A stretch of DNA of 38,185 bases from assembly GCA_964244895.1 (NCBI GenBank), contig CAXTKV010000022.1, positions 1 through 38,185 of the forward strand, in the 5' to 3' direction. Position numbers and translations under genes: made by a program. Below are positions 21,601 through 32,226 of the stretch, piece by piece (within the stretch, counting starts at the first letter, position 1; each line of letters begins with the position of its first letter). Below the pieces are notes generated by a model. That model saw nothing but the letters and a program-made list of their open reading frames with translations, made no database searches and was not told the origin of the DNA. The DNA is from an uncultured Deinococcales bacterium. Lineage in GTDB: Bacteria > Deinococcota > Deinococci > Deinococcales > JAAFIG01.

Positions 21601-23296
21601 CGAAACGGTTGACCGCCCCGAGCGCATACTTTGCGTTGCCTGTCACCCGAGCGCCCGTCTCGAGCGCCAGGTTCTCGAGTTCGACCCGACCGGAATTCAG
21701 GTCACCGACCAGGCGCACGCTGCCATTCCGAGTTGAACCGAGCCGCGCGTCCACGCCCAGACCATCGCCGCGCTGACGAAGCTGCGCGGTTCCAGCGAAT
21801 TCTCGAGCCGTGACGCCCGGAATGGTGGCGTCGACGCGGGTCAGATCGGCGCTGATCAGCAGCGCACCGATGCGACCAGTCGCGGTGGCCGTGCCGGACG
21901 CGGAGTGCGCCAGCGGAATCGGCGCTCTGAGGTTCTGAAAGGCGCTCCGGATCGTCCAGAGTTGCGCGGGCGTCATCGCGCCCGTTGCGCGCAGGTTGCC
22001 GCCCAGACCGCGCCCTCGGGCTTCGGCTTCCAACGAACCGTTGCGTTGCACGCGCAAACCGCCGCTGATCGCCACGGGCGCACCCAGCACCCGATCCCCG
22101 ATGATTTTTGCGCTCACGTCCGTCGCTCCGAACTGCGACGCGATGCTGGCGGTCACGCCGACCGACCCATCGATCAGCCTGGAATCGACCTTGACGTCGG
22201 CCTCGAGCCGATCGCCGGGCGTGATGAAGGCGTAACTGGCGCGCAGGTTTTCCATCGGGAATCCCGTCACGTTGGCCGCATCCCGGTCGTCGAGCTTCAG
22301 CAAACGGGCGTCACCCTCGAAGCGTAGCTTGTCAAAACGCCCACCGCCGCGCACGGTCACGTCCAACGCACCCGAACCTTTCAGCCCGGTCTTGAAGGCC
22401 GTCAGCGCCTCTTGCACGCGCGGTTTCGCGCCGCCGGTGACGGTCAATTTCTGACCCACGGTGTCCACGCTGAGGGCAACCTTCAACGCACCACCCAACA
22501 CCTTGCCCTCGAGCCCGCCCTCGATCACGCCGTTTGCCCGGTGCGTGACGGGGCCGTTCAGGTCGGTCAGGAACACGCCGGGCACGCCCTCGAGCGCCCC
22601 GCCCACGATCTTGCCCTCGCCGGTCAAGGAGCGCGGCGTGATTGTGTAACGCGCCTGGACGCGCCCGCGCTCGATGCCTTTGAACCAGTAGCGCGCGATT
22701 CGCGCGTCCAGATCGCCGTCCAGGCTGACGCGAAAATCCATGTCTTCCGGCACGCGGTAGCTGGCGTCAACGATGCCCGCACCGTCGTCGGTTTCCAATT
22801 TGAGGCGGGCTGAACCGTTCCAGCCGGGGCCGGGCGCGTTTTTTTGTTCCAGAACAGTGGCGCGCACGTCCGGGATCGACCACGCCCGACCGTCCAGCAC
22901 GACCTTGACGCGCTCGAGTTCGATGCCATCCAGCACCAGCTTGACGGGCGCTTGGCCCTGACCGGCCTTGGGCAGTTTGCGCGGATCGAAACGCACGGTC
23001 GCATCAGCGATCTTGCCGCGCACGCGCACCTCGCGGCGCGTCAACAGCGCCCACGCGTCGTAGCGCACCTGCACGTCGCCCGCATCGGCCTGTAAGAAAT
23101 CGAGCGCGACACTGGCATTCTTGGCGTCGATGCCGGAAAAGAGGTTCCCGGAAACCTCGCCCGCCTGAATTTTGACGCCCGCCGCGCCCGCCAGAGAAAG
23201 CGCCCAGCGCAGAACCGCCGGGGTGCTCGAGACCGCAAAAACCACGATCCCGAGCACCGCGACGACCGTGAGCGCGATGGCGAGCTTCCGAAACAC
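12683..23296 (-). CDS. tamB: Giant translocation/assembly module TamB (DUF490) family protein, ~3537 aa
   Basis: N-terminal TM anchor, a long Gly/Leu/Ala-rich beta-repeat body, and a C-terminal DUF490-like region (LLLTGTASNPQLNG) ending in F. Start set at GTG 23296, 5 nt after TAGAAT. Confidence 0.85.
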   Translation of the reverse strand: MFRKLAIALTVVAVLGIVVFAVSSTPAVLRWALSLAGAAGVKIQAGEVSGNLFSGIDAKNASVALDFLQADAGDVQVRYDAWALLTRREVRVRGKIADATVRFDPRKLPKAGQGQAPVKLVLDGIELERVKVVLDGRAWSIPDVRATVLEQKNAPGPGWNGSARLKLETDDGAGIVDASYRVPEDMDFRVSLDGDLDARIARYWFKGIERGRVQARYTITPRSLTGEGKIVGGALEGVPGVFLTDLNGPVTHRANGVIEGGLEGKVLGGALKVALSVDTVGQKLTVTGGAKPRVQEALTAFKTGLKGSGALDVTVRGGGRFDKLRFEGDARLLKLDDRDAANVTGFPMENLRASYAFITPGDRLEADVKVDSRLIDGSVGVTASIASQFGATDVSAKIIGDRVLGAPVAISGGLRVQRNGSLEAEARGRGLGGNLRATGAMTPAQLWTIRSAFQNLRAPIPLAHSASGTATATGRIGALLISADLTRVDATIPGVTAREFAGTAQLRQRGDGLGVDARLGSTRNGSVRLVGDLNSGRVELENLALETGARVTGNAKYALGAVNRFDGRLAVSNIGAGGVSFDPVAGPFSVSVGSTISASFDAPQISLGFDGDAIRARPNGWRASAIGQDLKLVGDLRYGIAGGKLSGQLRGVGSLGQISATANGNRVSLDGNLVYQAITARLNGSGTLQPLALKLQVRPTSRLRAPLSGTIQVDLNEALAVSGTISSGADRTVRLRLQDGRPVASGSLDLAALDAILPPNARGKLSGSVSVDFNKTIGNAVLSGRYADFPVSGRAVLRGSAVTASARVTGGTFSGLSLEGQVLPGLDARASWRGLKARATGAFSSIGFTVDGALADELPGLEALSAAGIDLGKPRVHLGGRVRNGAISASGFVRSPPGTSRMLSLTQVSFRDGAFTAHYAGDLEGRYRDEPILLRGLNGSATFKDGRLEVSASGARLNGRLEGQDIELERYTIRAGLAPDGELDVNLNAALAFSRRPEGVLRAAPLIAALKLANSRLETDLRAALTGTVKDELISGSLRGALGLNLEKPQAGWTGNAQLALTGRDWRLNASGPWSDLRLRGRAPTRLLEVAAGLKLPENLSTTITLDGRASLPELRYGLSFGASLGEPAAMLDGALEGQGADYRLSASVKDASGGLARLKFASDTQGQLELNGFNPGGLIGADGNLSGSLSLEKSLIEGGIDGQLAGLPVSANWRDDGRFDGALGGPVPLEVNAQRWRFPLSVTGASWRSTPQTPFQTQGTIRVSDGLQADGTVEVSAYQIGLPGGTARLEPVRAQLTARIGSELRLELRRDDERVRFDDQRWSGGLSLAYRAWDGLGRADVTLAGALTDPTANLETRGPIALAGSVSRREIALTGGIDLKGASGALPADLRARVQSGRAVFTANGSLEPLSLRGTGALVNARVDDQAASLSVTGAWNQGTWNASGEVGLGTGAQSSKTRFEADRNGLNAPKIDLDLRILRLIGLRAEGRARGAASLPGWSIERGQAALVLDGAEVEGVRGAGMVELQDGNLGAALSGILPGDLKFAVNGPLYPLADATLKLDGLDGKLRGQLNERRDARLSLEGTFMKKSARLTANVSGDALNLNATWATASGSANGTLDANGVGLTGHLGITDLNEIAGVNGNLSAELEGRNLRVRAHDLRASVAGFDVTGAATFDGGALNLDAIMAKRDGLDLRATGGVLPELGLKVEGSSTLGYAPGKIGGSVTGTLQKPSVKLTGTLDAAKTGLIAPGTTITASLQGEAFDIGLGGERLNGNLRGTIPNAAGGGLENFDLALNAPVIWSGANLPVKGRLRWNEQGGFDGGLNTRGEVMGRPLNASLTGRGALEVGLDWRGAKLTASLPARLDGPLDGALRLSRFDVGALWGKPDALWIESTGALAGDWNAPTLRLDGRLSGALEASLNARYLDGKVNGNIVGDGINLNAALDGADWNAEGRLSQLALDSSILPAPLQNLNASGAFSASSRDGTLRATGLDLKAVLETIGAISATGSANLSSVNISGANLKGQRLEADLNLSALEAQARVTGKLGASGDALKVALNGANLAQLGLGLLGRAAANLELRGALIDPDVSGQLNLTAFGAKSTDITANANVRASGKLLDPALSAEIALGGAATGRFTLEAHDLKSTAPHLGLRGSGRWRGYGLDAQLQGAWPKLEGDAKLETNLPKALSSFNLKAQGDGRYSLGNQMLSGEVRLEARAGSLEPKLTGDLKFGGNLIQLLENAQGSAVGAIKLAGTLTRPQANLTGRLESAGYAGVSLADAQLNGDLAVGQEKPLSLTASYDGGKAVWDGQNLNLQKLPISAGGLRIRLDAQGKTDAMDVRFNGALEGWANGALDGRYDGGIQANLRGALGGLPLQVRATGKPNGDWDGDLELSGLPRGALENVPIENKASANTAQNGTPTTPAAANPAAEDANAGTLRLKLFGPFGAPQLQGNGLIAGVKLDLGAKLSPLSASVGLTNPDKGPENGSGTIELSGGAIKGSLKYTSGATALTLDASGTLQNPRAKLTASRNAARAIVDLALQGGALNGQIELSDGTRSGTLKLTQDRLTGRADGLDLGALGLAGYGGLIAIETNLKRGTGSFGFDGTAALTWNEVETPLAVPIVGWVFDGTGAVSYANQPGQSERARLDYKGSPGAIQADLTRRQNRWTGTAQVRLKTQDRGSADGDLELGANGVRGTVKLDALRLNVSGIEASLTGNVALEGDSFRADGVAEALGGRVTLEDATGGLSDVIPALQAYTGRAPGEIGYSARARLDAVRLEDIAPFKAVAPYVSGRASGVVQVSDAVSTFQLAIPELTLPATGDPVKVRLSLSGTASGTSNLRFSGTLGDVNARSTDANYGDSFLSGVITGGELTGRLDLNRTPLHALLGAFTGPLPGAALVSGLARYTLPLARPLDGNLRLALEKVELTGGGDTLKGSGALYYRKGGIELDDLKLDGAGSWRGSGKYAPDGVNLSLEFKDTTFSPILALIPALKDVDPSARGTLKLTFSGDYLNPRAKLSVEDLRARFASINLAAKSLNGSLQDGALELSGAITSDETLGAKLDTTLRARIASFNPIQLEGLSARAVGALDIKPVGRFEDVVAEASGQSGGFKLNVTGKKGQGPFTLTGNISPKLDLRFSGKNLEFAVPTYFVRESLLDADLRLVSQGRDYVITGSADIARVLASSSANRDATDQKPEDPKAVSLSESDAPRRDSIYDRVRFEGVRINAPSGLRLQESFANVEVGGQLLLTGTASNPQLNGALEGTGNKGSLTIGPYTYAIQSSSATFTPVDGILPLVRAKGRTEVRTGTSTNRRSFQVDLDITVRFTRNALGEIRYDLETNLVQYDENGPCPTNADSTRPNCLSQAELYGLATLGSSRGLDPLVGFGQSALNTVLNVFVLSEFTRAFRQATGIDVQISTNVLDLLDQNLTQDERNKVGIAFSFGGYLNRQVYLQYQIDTTGRTVVNLNYTTDDNRFSLRLFIPIQLGGADAGINNSEISASYNFSSLTSLTTSLQQVTDGDKRFGVTIRLGLAFRF
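16041..16060. repeat. Degenerate palindromic repeat unit inside tamB
   Basis: gtgccgttctgggcggtatt matches the ftsI-internal unit atgccgtcctggacggtact at 16/20 positions; translated as NTAQNG. Confidence 0.55.
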
Positions 23297-23432
23297 GCCC
23301 GATTCTACGTTCCCGGCGTGAGAACGCGCACGAAAAAGCGCGTCGGGTGAAGAAAATCTGAAGATGCTCGAACGCCGCCAGAGCGTGAGCGTCCGCGCCT
23401 TCGCGTCGCGTGGCGCGTGGTTTACTGGCGGC

Positions 23433-23723
23433 GTGAGCCAGCCGACCACCTCCAAACCGCGCCGCATGACGGCGCTCGTCAAGGGCGAGGTTCAGGGCGT
23501 GGGCTACAGGCGCTTCGTGCAGCGCCGCGCGCAGGATCTGGGTCTGGCGGGTTTCGCCGAAAACCTGACCGATGGCAAGGTCGAGGTCGTGGCCGAAGGG
23601 CAGACGGACGCGCTGGAATCCTTGCTGCACTGGCTTCGTCGTGGTCCGCCGCACGCCCAGGTGCGCGAGGTCGAAGTCCAGTACGCCGAAACGACCGGGC
23701 TGGCCGGGTTTCACATCTACTGA
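23433..23723 (+). CDS. acyP: Acylphosphatase
   Basis: Motifs [35 protein letters not shown] and GFHIY. Start is GTG 23433 or ATG 23466. Confidence 0.93.
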   Translation: MSQPTTSKPRRMTALVKGEVQGVGYRRFVQRRAQDLGLAGFAENLTDGKVEVVAEGQTDALESLLHWLRRGPPHAQVREVEVQYAETTGLAGFHIY

Positions 23724-23768
23724 ACACCGTCCAGCACACGATATCGAATACGCGTGCTGGACGGTGTT
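23723..23768. repeat. Palindromic repeat doublet with perfect 15-bp outer arms
   Basis: AACACCGTCCAGCAC (23723-23737) and GTGCTGGACGGTGTT (23754-23768), starting at the acyP stop codon. Confidence 0.9.
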
Positions 23769-23922
23769 TCTCGAGGTTCGACTGCCCGAGAATCGCACCT
23801 TGAATCTCGAGAGTTCGGGGCGAATCTCGGGAGTTCGGGGCAAGCATCAGATTGACCCTCGAGAACGCCCAGAGACTTGATGGTCACCCTCGAGTATCCC
23901 ACTCAAAAACCCTGTTCCGTAG

Positions 23923-23950
23923 GGGTAACCCTCGCGGTTACCCTTCCTTT
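23923..23950 (+). terminator. Possible terminator hairpin between convergent acyP and the RecQ-family gene
   Basis: GGGTAACC-ctcgc-GGTTACCC followed by ttccttt. Confidence 0.45.
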
Positions 23951-24006
23951 GAGACGTCTCCGACGATGTTCGCAAATCGTTCAGCGACCTCGAGTTTTGC
24001 CTAGAA

Positions 24007-25917
<1,911 letters not shown>

Positions 25918-25960
25918 CGCGCTCAGCCTACCCGAGCGTTCGGGATTATCCGCATCAAAC

Positions 25961-26015
25961 AATGCGTGCTGGACGGTATTCTCAGGAGGACAAAGAACAC
26001 CATCTGGGACGGTGC
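25961..26015. repeat. Two palindromic repeat units
   Basis: aatgcgtgctggacggtatt and gaacaccatctgggacggtgc. Confidence 0.8.
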
Positions 26016-26032
26016 TCCTGAAAGCTCGAGTT

Positions 26033-27226
<1,194 letters not shown>

Positions 27227-27340
27227 GCCCGGAAGTCTACGCCCGAGTTCGCGTACATAACAGGTTCGAGAGTCCCGTCTCGGGCGATACACGGCTCCGG
27301 GCAGCAGCTTCGAGAATATCATCCGGCGCACGAACTCGAG

Positions 27341-27359
27341 AATGCGTCTGGGACGGTGC
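27341..27359. repeat. Single palindromic repeat unit
   Basis: aatgcgtctgggacggtgc in the divergent mqnC/ada gap. Confidence 0.7.
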
Positions 27360-27439
27360 TCTTGGCGCGTTTTCGGGACAAGAATTGAAACGAAAGAATC
27401 GGCTAGCGCCGCGCTCGAAGAGGGCGCAAAATACGTGGC

Positions 27440-28636
27440 ATGAACGCGCATCCATCGGAACGCAGAAACTACACCAGGCCCGAAATGATCGAGAGGATGT
27501 TCGTCGGTGACGAATCCGTCAAGGGCGATTTCATCGTGGCGGTGCGCACCACCGGGATTTACTGCCTGCCGACCTGCCGCCCACCGCGCAAGCCGAAACC
27601 CGAAAACGTGACGTTCTTCTGGACGCCCACCGAAGCCCGCACCGCCGGGTTCCGCGCCTGCAAATTGTGCCACCCGGACGAGTACCACATGGGGTTTGAC
27701 GTGGAAAAAACCCTGGCGGACGACCTGGTGGCGCGGGTCGCGGACGATCCGGGCGCGTACCGCAACGTCAAGGCGCTGGTGACGGCCAGCGGCCTCTCGA
27801 GCACCAAGCTCTTCGAGGTCTTCCGGGCGCAATTCGACGCGACCCCGCTCGAGATGCTGACCCGCCTGAGGATCGCCGCCGCCATCCGCGCGTTGTTGCA
27901 ATCCAATGCGCAGGTCACGGAAATCGCCTTCGACGTGGGCTTCGAGAGCCTGAGCGCCTTCAACCAGAATTTTCGCAAACACACCGGCATGACGCCATTG
28001 GAGTACCGCCACAACTTTCGCGGCCCGAACGCGAAACCCGCGAGAAAGGATCAACCCGTGAAAAGCCTGCAATTCGATCAATTCGAGTCACCCATCGGCC
28101 TGGTTTCGTTGGTCGCACAAAACGGCGCACTGGTCTTCGCGGATTTCGAGGGCGACCCGGCAGACGCCTGGGCGCGCATGAACAACCTGCTGGGCAAACG
28201 TTTCGGCGCGTTCGAGTTGCAACGCACGCCCGACCCGCACGGTTTCACCCGGAAGTTCAGAGCCTACTTCGCGGGCGATCTGGAGGCCCTGAAGGGCATT
28301 CCCGTAGACACCGGCGGCACGGAATTTCAACGGCAAGTCTGGAACGCCCTGCGAGAGATTCCGACCGGGGAAACCCTCAGTTACGGTCAACTGGCCGCGC
28401 GGTTGGGCAAGCCCGGCGCGTCCAGGGCGGTCGGTGCGACCAACGGATTGAACCCGGTCAGCATCGCGCTGCCTTGCCACCGCGTGGTCGGCGCGAACGC
28501 CAGCTTGACCGGGTACGCGGGCGGTCTGGAACGCAAGCGCTGGTTGCTCGAGCACGAGGGTGTGATCTTCGATGGCGCGAAACTCGGAGCATCTCGAGTG
28601 GAAACGACGCCGCAAGCGGGATTGTTTTCGGCCTGA
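27440..28636 (+). CDS. ada: Bifunctional Ada: Zn-binding methylphosphotriester domain, AraC HTH and O6-methylguanine-DNA methyltransferase
   Basis: VRTTGIYCLPTC...GFRACKLC; IAFDVGFESLSAFNQNFRKHTGMTP; GTEFQRQVW...PCHRVVG...GYAGG. Confidence 0.92.
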   Translation: MNAHPSERRNYTRPEMIERMFVGDESVKGDFIVAVRTTGIYCLPTCRPPRKPKPENVTFFWTPTEARTAGFRACKLCHPDEYHMGFDVEKTLADDLVARVADDPGAYRNVKALVTASGLSSTKLFEVFRAQFDATPLEMLTRLRIAAAIRALLQSNAQVTEIAFDVGFESLSAFNQNFRKHTGMTPLEYRHNFRGPNAKPARKDQPVKSLQFDQFESPIGLVSLVAQNGALVFADFEGDPADAWARMNNLLGKRFGAFELQRTPDPHGFTRKFRAYFAGDLEALKGIPVDTGGTEFQRQVWNALREIPTGETLSYGQLAARLGKPGASRAVGATNGLNPVSIALPCHRVVGANASLTGYAGGLERKRWLLEHEGVIFDGAKLGASRVETTPQAGLFSA

Positions 28637-28642
28637 GGTTGG

Positions 28643-28700
28643 AAAGACCGTCCAGTACGCGAAATTTCGAGATAGTAAATGTGCGTCCTGGACGGTCTTT
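28643..28700. repeat. Palindromic repeat doublet with perfect 13-bp outer arms
   Basis: AAAGACCGTCCAG ... CTGGACGGTCTTT. Confidence 0.88.
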
Positions 28701-28806
28701 TCGTGACGCTGGCCTCGAGCGACCGCGCACCTTCGGGTAAGAGTGATGTTTGAATACGCCCGGATCGCGTCATACCGACGCGACCCCGAGGCTGGAGGCT
28801 GAGCCC

Positions 28807-29688
28807 ATGAGACTGATCGACGTACAGCGCTTGCTGATCCTGGCCGCCGTGTGGGGCGCGAGTTTCATCTTCTTTCGGGTGATCGTGCCCGTGCTGGGGC
28901 CGATCGCGACCGTCGAGGTTCGTGTGGTGCTGGCCGGAATCGCGCTTCTGGCGTTCGCGGCAATCACCGGAGCCGACCTGGGATGGCGCGAGCGCTGGGT
29001 CTGGTACGCCATCGTCGGCGTTTTGAACAGCGCCATCCCGTTCGCGCTGATCGCCTTCGCGGAGGTGCGTCTGACGGCGTCGCTGGCGTCGATCCTAAAC
29101 GCCAGCACGCCGTTGTTCGCCGCGATCCTGGCCGCCGTTTTTTTCAAAGATCCACTCACGCTTCCCAAGATCGCGGGGCTGGCGCTGGGCTTCGGTGGCG
29201 TGGTCGTGCTGGTCGGTTGGAGCCCACTGGAACCGGGGTTGATGACCTGGCTGTCCGTGCTGGCGACCCTGGCCGCGAGCTTCTTTTACGGTCTGGCGGG
29301 CAACCTGGCGCGCGCCAGACTGAAGGGCGCTCCGGCGCTCGGGCTGGCGGTCGGATCTCAGGTCGCCTCGAGCCTGGTCTTGCTGCCGTTCTTGCCGTGG
29401 AACCCGCCGCTGGCTGCACCCGATCTGACGGTGATCCTCTGCGTTCTGGGCTTATCGCTGGTCTGCACGGCCTTCGCGTACATCCCCTATTACCGTTTGA
29501 TCCTCGATCTGGGCGCGACGCGAGCCTCGACCGTGACGTTTATCGTGCCGATCTTCGGCGTGCTGTGGGGCGCGCTGTTCCTGGGTGAAGGTGTCGGGGT
29601 CGAAAAACTCGTGGCCTGCGCGATCATTCTGGCCGGGGCGGGGTTGGTGACGGGCGTGATCGGTGGGCCGCGCGCGGTTCGGGCTTGA
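28807..29688 (+). CDS. EamA/DMT family transporter
   Basis: About 10 TM helices, LAAVWGASF, NSAIPF, SILNASTPLF and VTFIVPIFGVLWG; GGAGG before ATG 28807. Confidence 0.92.
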   Translation: MRLIDVQRLLILAAVWGASFIFFRVIVPVLGPIATVEVRVVLAGIALLAFAAITGADLGWRERWVWYAIVGVLNSAIPFALIAFAEVRLTASLASILNASTPLFAAILAAVFFKDPLTLPKIAGLALGFGGVVVLVGWSPLEPGLMTWLSVLATLAASFFYGLAGNLARARLKGAPALGLAVGSQVASSLVLLPFLPWNPPLAAPDLTVILCVLGLSLVCTAFAYIPYYRLILDLGATRASTVTFIVPIFGVLWGALFLGEGVGVEKLVACAIILAGAGLVTGVIGGPRAVRA

Positions 29689-29963
29689 ATTGGGCGCACG
29701 CGTCCATCCTCGAGTCGTGTTTCTCGAGGAACCCCAGAATGGGGGCCAGCCAAGATCGTGTGGCCGGGTTCTTGAGACCGCCGGGGCAGCCCGAGACCCT
29801 GAAATGCCGCGTCATCATCAAAGCACATCGTCCAGTACGCATTTCAGCGCTCGCGCGCCGGACGATCTTCTGGTGCGGCGCTCCGCGCCAGTTGGTCTCG
29901 AGAACAATTGCGTGGGGCACGCAAGGGTTTCGTGACGATCAGGGTTTCATACTGATCCGGTGA
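29685..29963 (+). CDS. Putative 92-aa bridging ORF spanning the EamA to HD-GYP gap
   Basis: TTG overlaps the EamA stop (TTGA) and TGA overlaps the HD-GYP GTG (GTGA). Contains a repeat unit (~29825-29842) and three CTCGAG sites. Confidence 0.3.
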   Translation: MNWAHASILESCFSRNPRMGASQDRVAGFLRPPGQPETLKCRVIIKAHRPVRISALARRTIFWCGAPRQLVSRTIAWGTQGFRDDQGFILIR

Positions 29964-31303
29964 GTTCCGATCCGCTCTCGAGCCTCGCCGAGGCCGCACG
30001 CCTCCTGCCCGCCGTACCGAGCGGACGCGTACTGGCGGCAGTCTGGAGTCTCGAGGGTGAACGCAGCGCGTTCAGGGCGCTCAAATCGACCAGCTTGCGG
30101 CTGGCCAGCATCCGCGATGCTTTCGACGCCATGAGTCTCTTGGACGACGTGCTGGACGAAGCTTTGAAGCTGGTCGATGCGGAACGCGGCGCGCTGGCGC
30201 TGGTCGATGGCGAAAAACTGAACGTGATCATCTCGAGGATGCGCGTGGACGGTGACGCCGGAAAACACGAGGTTCGCGTCTCGCAGAGCTTGCTCGAACG
30301 CGTCGTCTCGAGCGGCGAGGCGATCGTCACGACCAACGTCCAAGAGGACCCGAACTACGCGCCCAGCGCCAGCATCGAGGCGCTCTCGATCCGGTCGGTG
30401 CTGGCGGTTCCGTTGAGCGTGCGCGACCGCGTCATCGGCGCGCTCTATGTGGACACGCAGTTGACGCAGCGCAGCTTCTCGGACGCGGACGCTTCGATGC
30501 TGGCGACCTTCGCGGCTCAGGCGGGTACGGCGGTCACGATGGCCAGATCCATCCGCGACGAACACGATCAATACGTTTCTCTGGTCAAGACAATGCTGAA
30601 CACCCTCGACGCGCGCGATCCGTACACGGCGGGCCATTCCGCCCGCGTCGGCGAGTACACGCGCCGCCTGGCGGGGGCGCTCGGCTGGAAGGAAACCGAT
30701 CAGGAACGCGCCTTGTTCGCCGGCTGGGTTCACGACATCGGCAAGATCGGCATTCGGGATCACTACCTCTACAAAGAAGGGCGTCTGACCACCGAAGAGC
30801 GCCGCATCATCGAGGAACATTCAATCATCGGTGAGCGCATTCTGCGCACGGCCACGCGCGGCTTCGAGGAGATCCTGCCCGCCGTGCGCAACCACCACGA
30901 ACGCTGGGATGGTAAGGGCTACCCGGACGGGCTGGCTGGCGATGAGATTCCGGTGTTGGCTCGCATGGTCAGCATCGCGGATGCCTTCGATGCGATGACC
31001 ACCTCCAGACCCTACGCGCCGCGCCGCAACTGGGTCGAGGCTTTCCAGGTACTGCAGCACGAATCTGAGCATCAGTTCGACCCTGGGCTCGTTCCGGTCT
31101 TGATCGCCGCGCTCGTCGGCGAAAGGGAAGCCAACCTGGACGGCGACCCAGATCGCGTCCAGGCGATCGTTCCGGAAATGGAACTCGGCGACTGGTCGAA
31201 AAAAATGGCCAGCCTTTCTTCCGGCATCACCGTCGAGCGGCACGTGTTTCAACTCAGGTCGAACGCGGAACAAAAAGCCCTGCTCGAGCTGGACAAGATC
31301 TAA
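29960..31303 (+). CDS. GAF plus HD-GYP domain protein (putative cyclic dinucleotide phosphodiesterase)
   Basis: GAF (SIRSVLAVPL...IGALYVD), DPYTAGHSARV, HDIGK, HHERWDGKGYPDGL and ADAFDAMTTSRPY. Confidence 0.93.
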   Translation: MSSDPLSSLAEAARLLPAVPSGRVLAAVWSLEGERSAFRALKSTSLRLASIRDAFDAMSLLDDVLDEALKLVDAERGALALVDGEKLNVIISRMRVDGDAGKHEVRVSQSLLERVVSSGEAIVTTNVQEDPNYAPSASIEALSIRSVLAVPLSVRDRVIGALYVDTQLTQRSFSDADASMLATFAAQAGTAVTMARSIRDEHDQYVSLVKTMLNTLDARDPYTAGHSARVGEYTRRLAGALGWKETDQERALFAGWVHDIGKIGIRDHYLYKEGRLTTEERRIIEEHSIIGERILRTATRGFEEILPAVRNHHERWDGKGYPDGLAGDEIPVLARMVSIADAFDAMTTSRPYAPRRNWVEAFQVLQHESEHQFDPGLVPVLIAALVGEREANLDGDPDRVQAIVPEMELGDWSKKMASLSSGITVERHVFQLRSNAEQKALLELDKI

Positions 31304-31518
31304 GCGTTCCGCACGGCTTTCTGACGTTTCTCGCTCGAGAAGCGCCCTGAATATTCGCGGGGTCTTCGTGGTGCGGAATTTCGGAGCTTGACCTCGAGAC
31401 ATCCCGGCTTCTGGACTGCCCGGCCAGCACCTGGCGGGCGAGCCAACGCGACGAGAACGCGCTAGCATGGCGGTGTGAACCACCGCGACGACGATCACCG
31501 TCCTCTCGAGGTCATTGA

Positions 31519-31831
31519 ATACGCTGCGAGCCTCGCCGCCGGGCGCGCTCGGCGGCGTCGCACGAAGGGACGGCGCTCTACGCGGCGCTGATCGAGGAAG
31601 CACCGTTCGGCGTGTATCTCGTGGACGGCGCGTTCCGGGCGCGTGTTCGAGCGCTTTTACCGCGCCGATAAGTCGCGCTCGAGGGGCGACGGTCCCTGCG
31701 GGACGGGCCTGGGCTTGCCGATCGCGCGCCAGATCGCCAGGCAACTCGGTGGCACGGTTCATCTCGAGAGCGAGGTCGGGAAGGGCACAAAGGCCGTGAT
31801 CCGGTTACCCGTCATCGAAGACGATGCGTGA
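31519..31831 (+). pseudogene. Remnant of a PAS sensor histidine kinase
   Basis: One frame reads ALYAALIEEAPFGVYLVDGAFR (PAS start) and stops at TAA. Another frame from 31643 reads VFERFYRADKSRSR..GTGLGLPIARQIA..GGTVHLESEVGKGT (HATPase F/G2 boxes). No H-box or N-box. Confidence 0.75.
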
Positions 31832-31934
31832 AGGCTCGAGACGAAAGGCCCCCTGGACTCCTCGGGCGTCCGGGATCGAGCCGTCTCAACACCCTTCGGT
31901 GACTCGGACTGATTGATCGCGACGGGTATCTGTT

Positions 31935-32114
31935 GTTCCGTCCTGAACGATAAATTCCTTGATGCCGTCCGGATTGGTGTTCTCGATGATCCCGCCCGAA
32001 TTCGCTCCCGAGGCGCGGCTCATGATTTGACGACCGTCGCGGCAGTGGTAAACGACGAACCCGGAGCCGACAGCCTCCGGGTTCGTCTCGATGCGTACCG
32101 TACTGGACGGTGTT
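31935..32114. repeat. Palindromic repeat units downstream of tRNA-Ile
   Basis: gttccgtcctgaacgat (~31935), atgccgtccggattggtgt (~31962) and gtaccgtactggacggtgtt (32095-32114). Confidence 0.7.
32050..32087 (-). terminator. Hairpin terminator downstream of tRNA-Ile
   Basis: Perfect 13-bp stem gacgaacccggag/ctccgggttcgtc (32054-32087), followed by GTTT on the minus strand. Confidence 0.7.
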
Positions 32115-32118
32115 CTTT

Positions 32119-32195
32119 TGGTGGGCGATCCCGGACTCGAACCGGGGACCTCCCCGTTATCAGCGGGGTGCTCTAACCAGCTGAGCTAACCGCCC
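32119..32195 (-). tRNA. tRNA-Ile (anticodon GAU), 77 nt, CCA encoded
   Basis: GGGCGGTTAGCTCAGCTGGTTAGAGCA-CCCCG-CTGATAA-CGGGG-AGGTCCCCGGTTCGAGTCCGGGATCGCCCACCA. Confidence 0.97.
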
Positions 32196-32226
32196 ATCAG
32201 CGCACCCGAAAAATGGGGCGAAGCGG

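Noticed and set aside
12932..22813. Long plus-strand ORFs antisense to tamB (e.g. 14642..16672, 16796..19075)
   Set aside because: These are shadow ORFs typical of high-GC coding DNA, with no recognisable motifs, fully overlapping a well-supported gene.
12683..23296. Giant protein as a toxin, adhesin or novel system
   Set aside because: The architecture fits TamB/DUF490, and very large TamB proteins are known in Deinococcus-Thermus.
27227..28081. 285-aa N-terminal extension of MqnC in the ORF track
   Set aside because: It is antisense to ada and runs through intergenic DNA; ATG 27226 with a leaderless -10 gives a normal-length MqnC.
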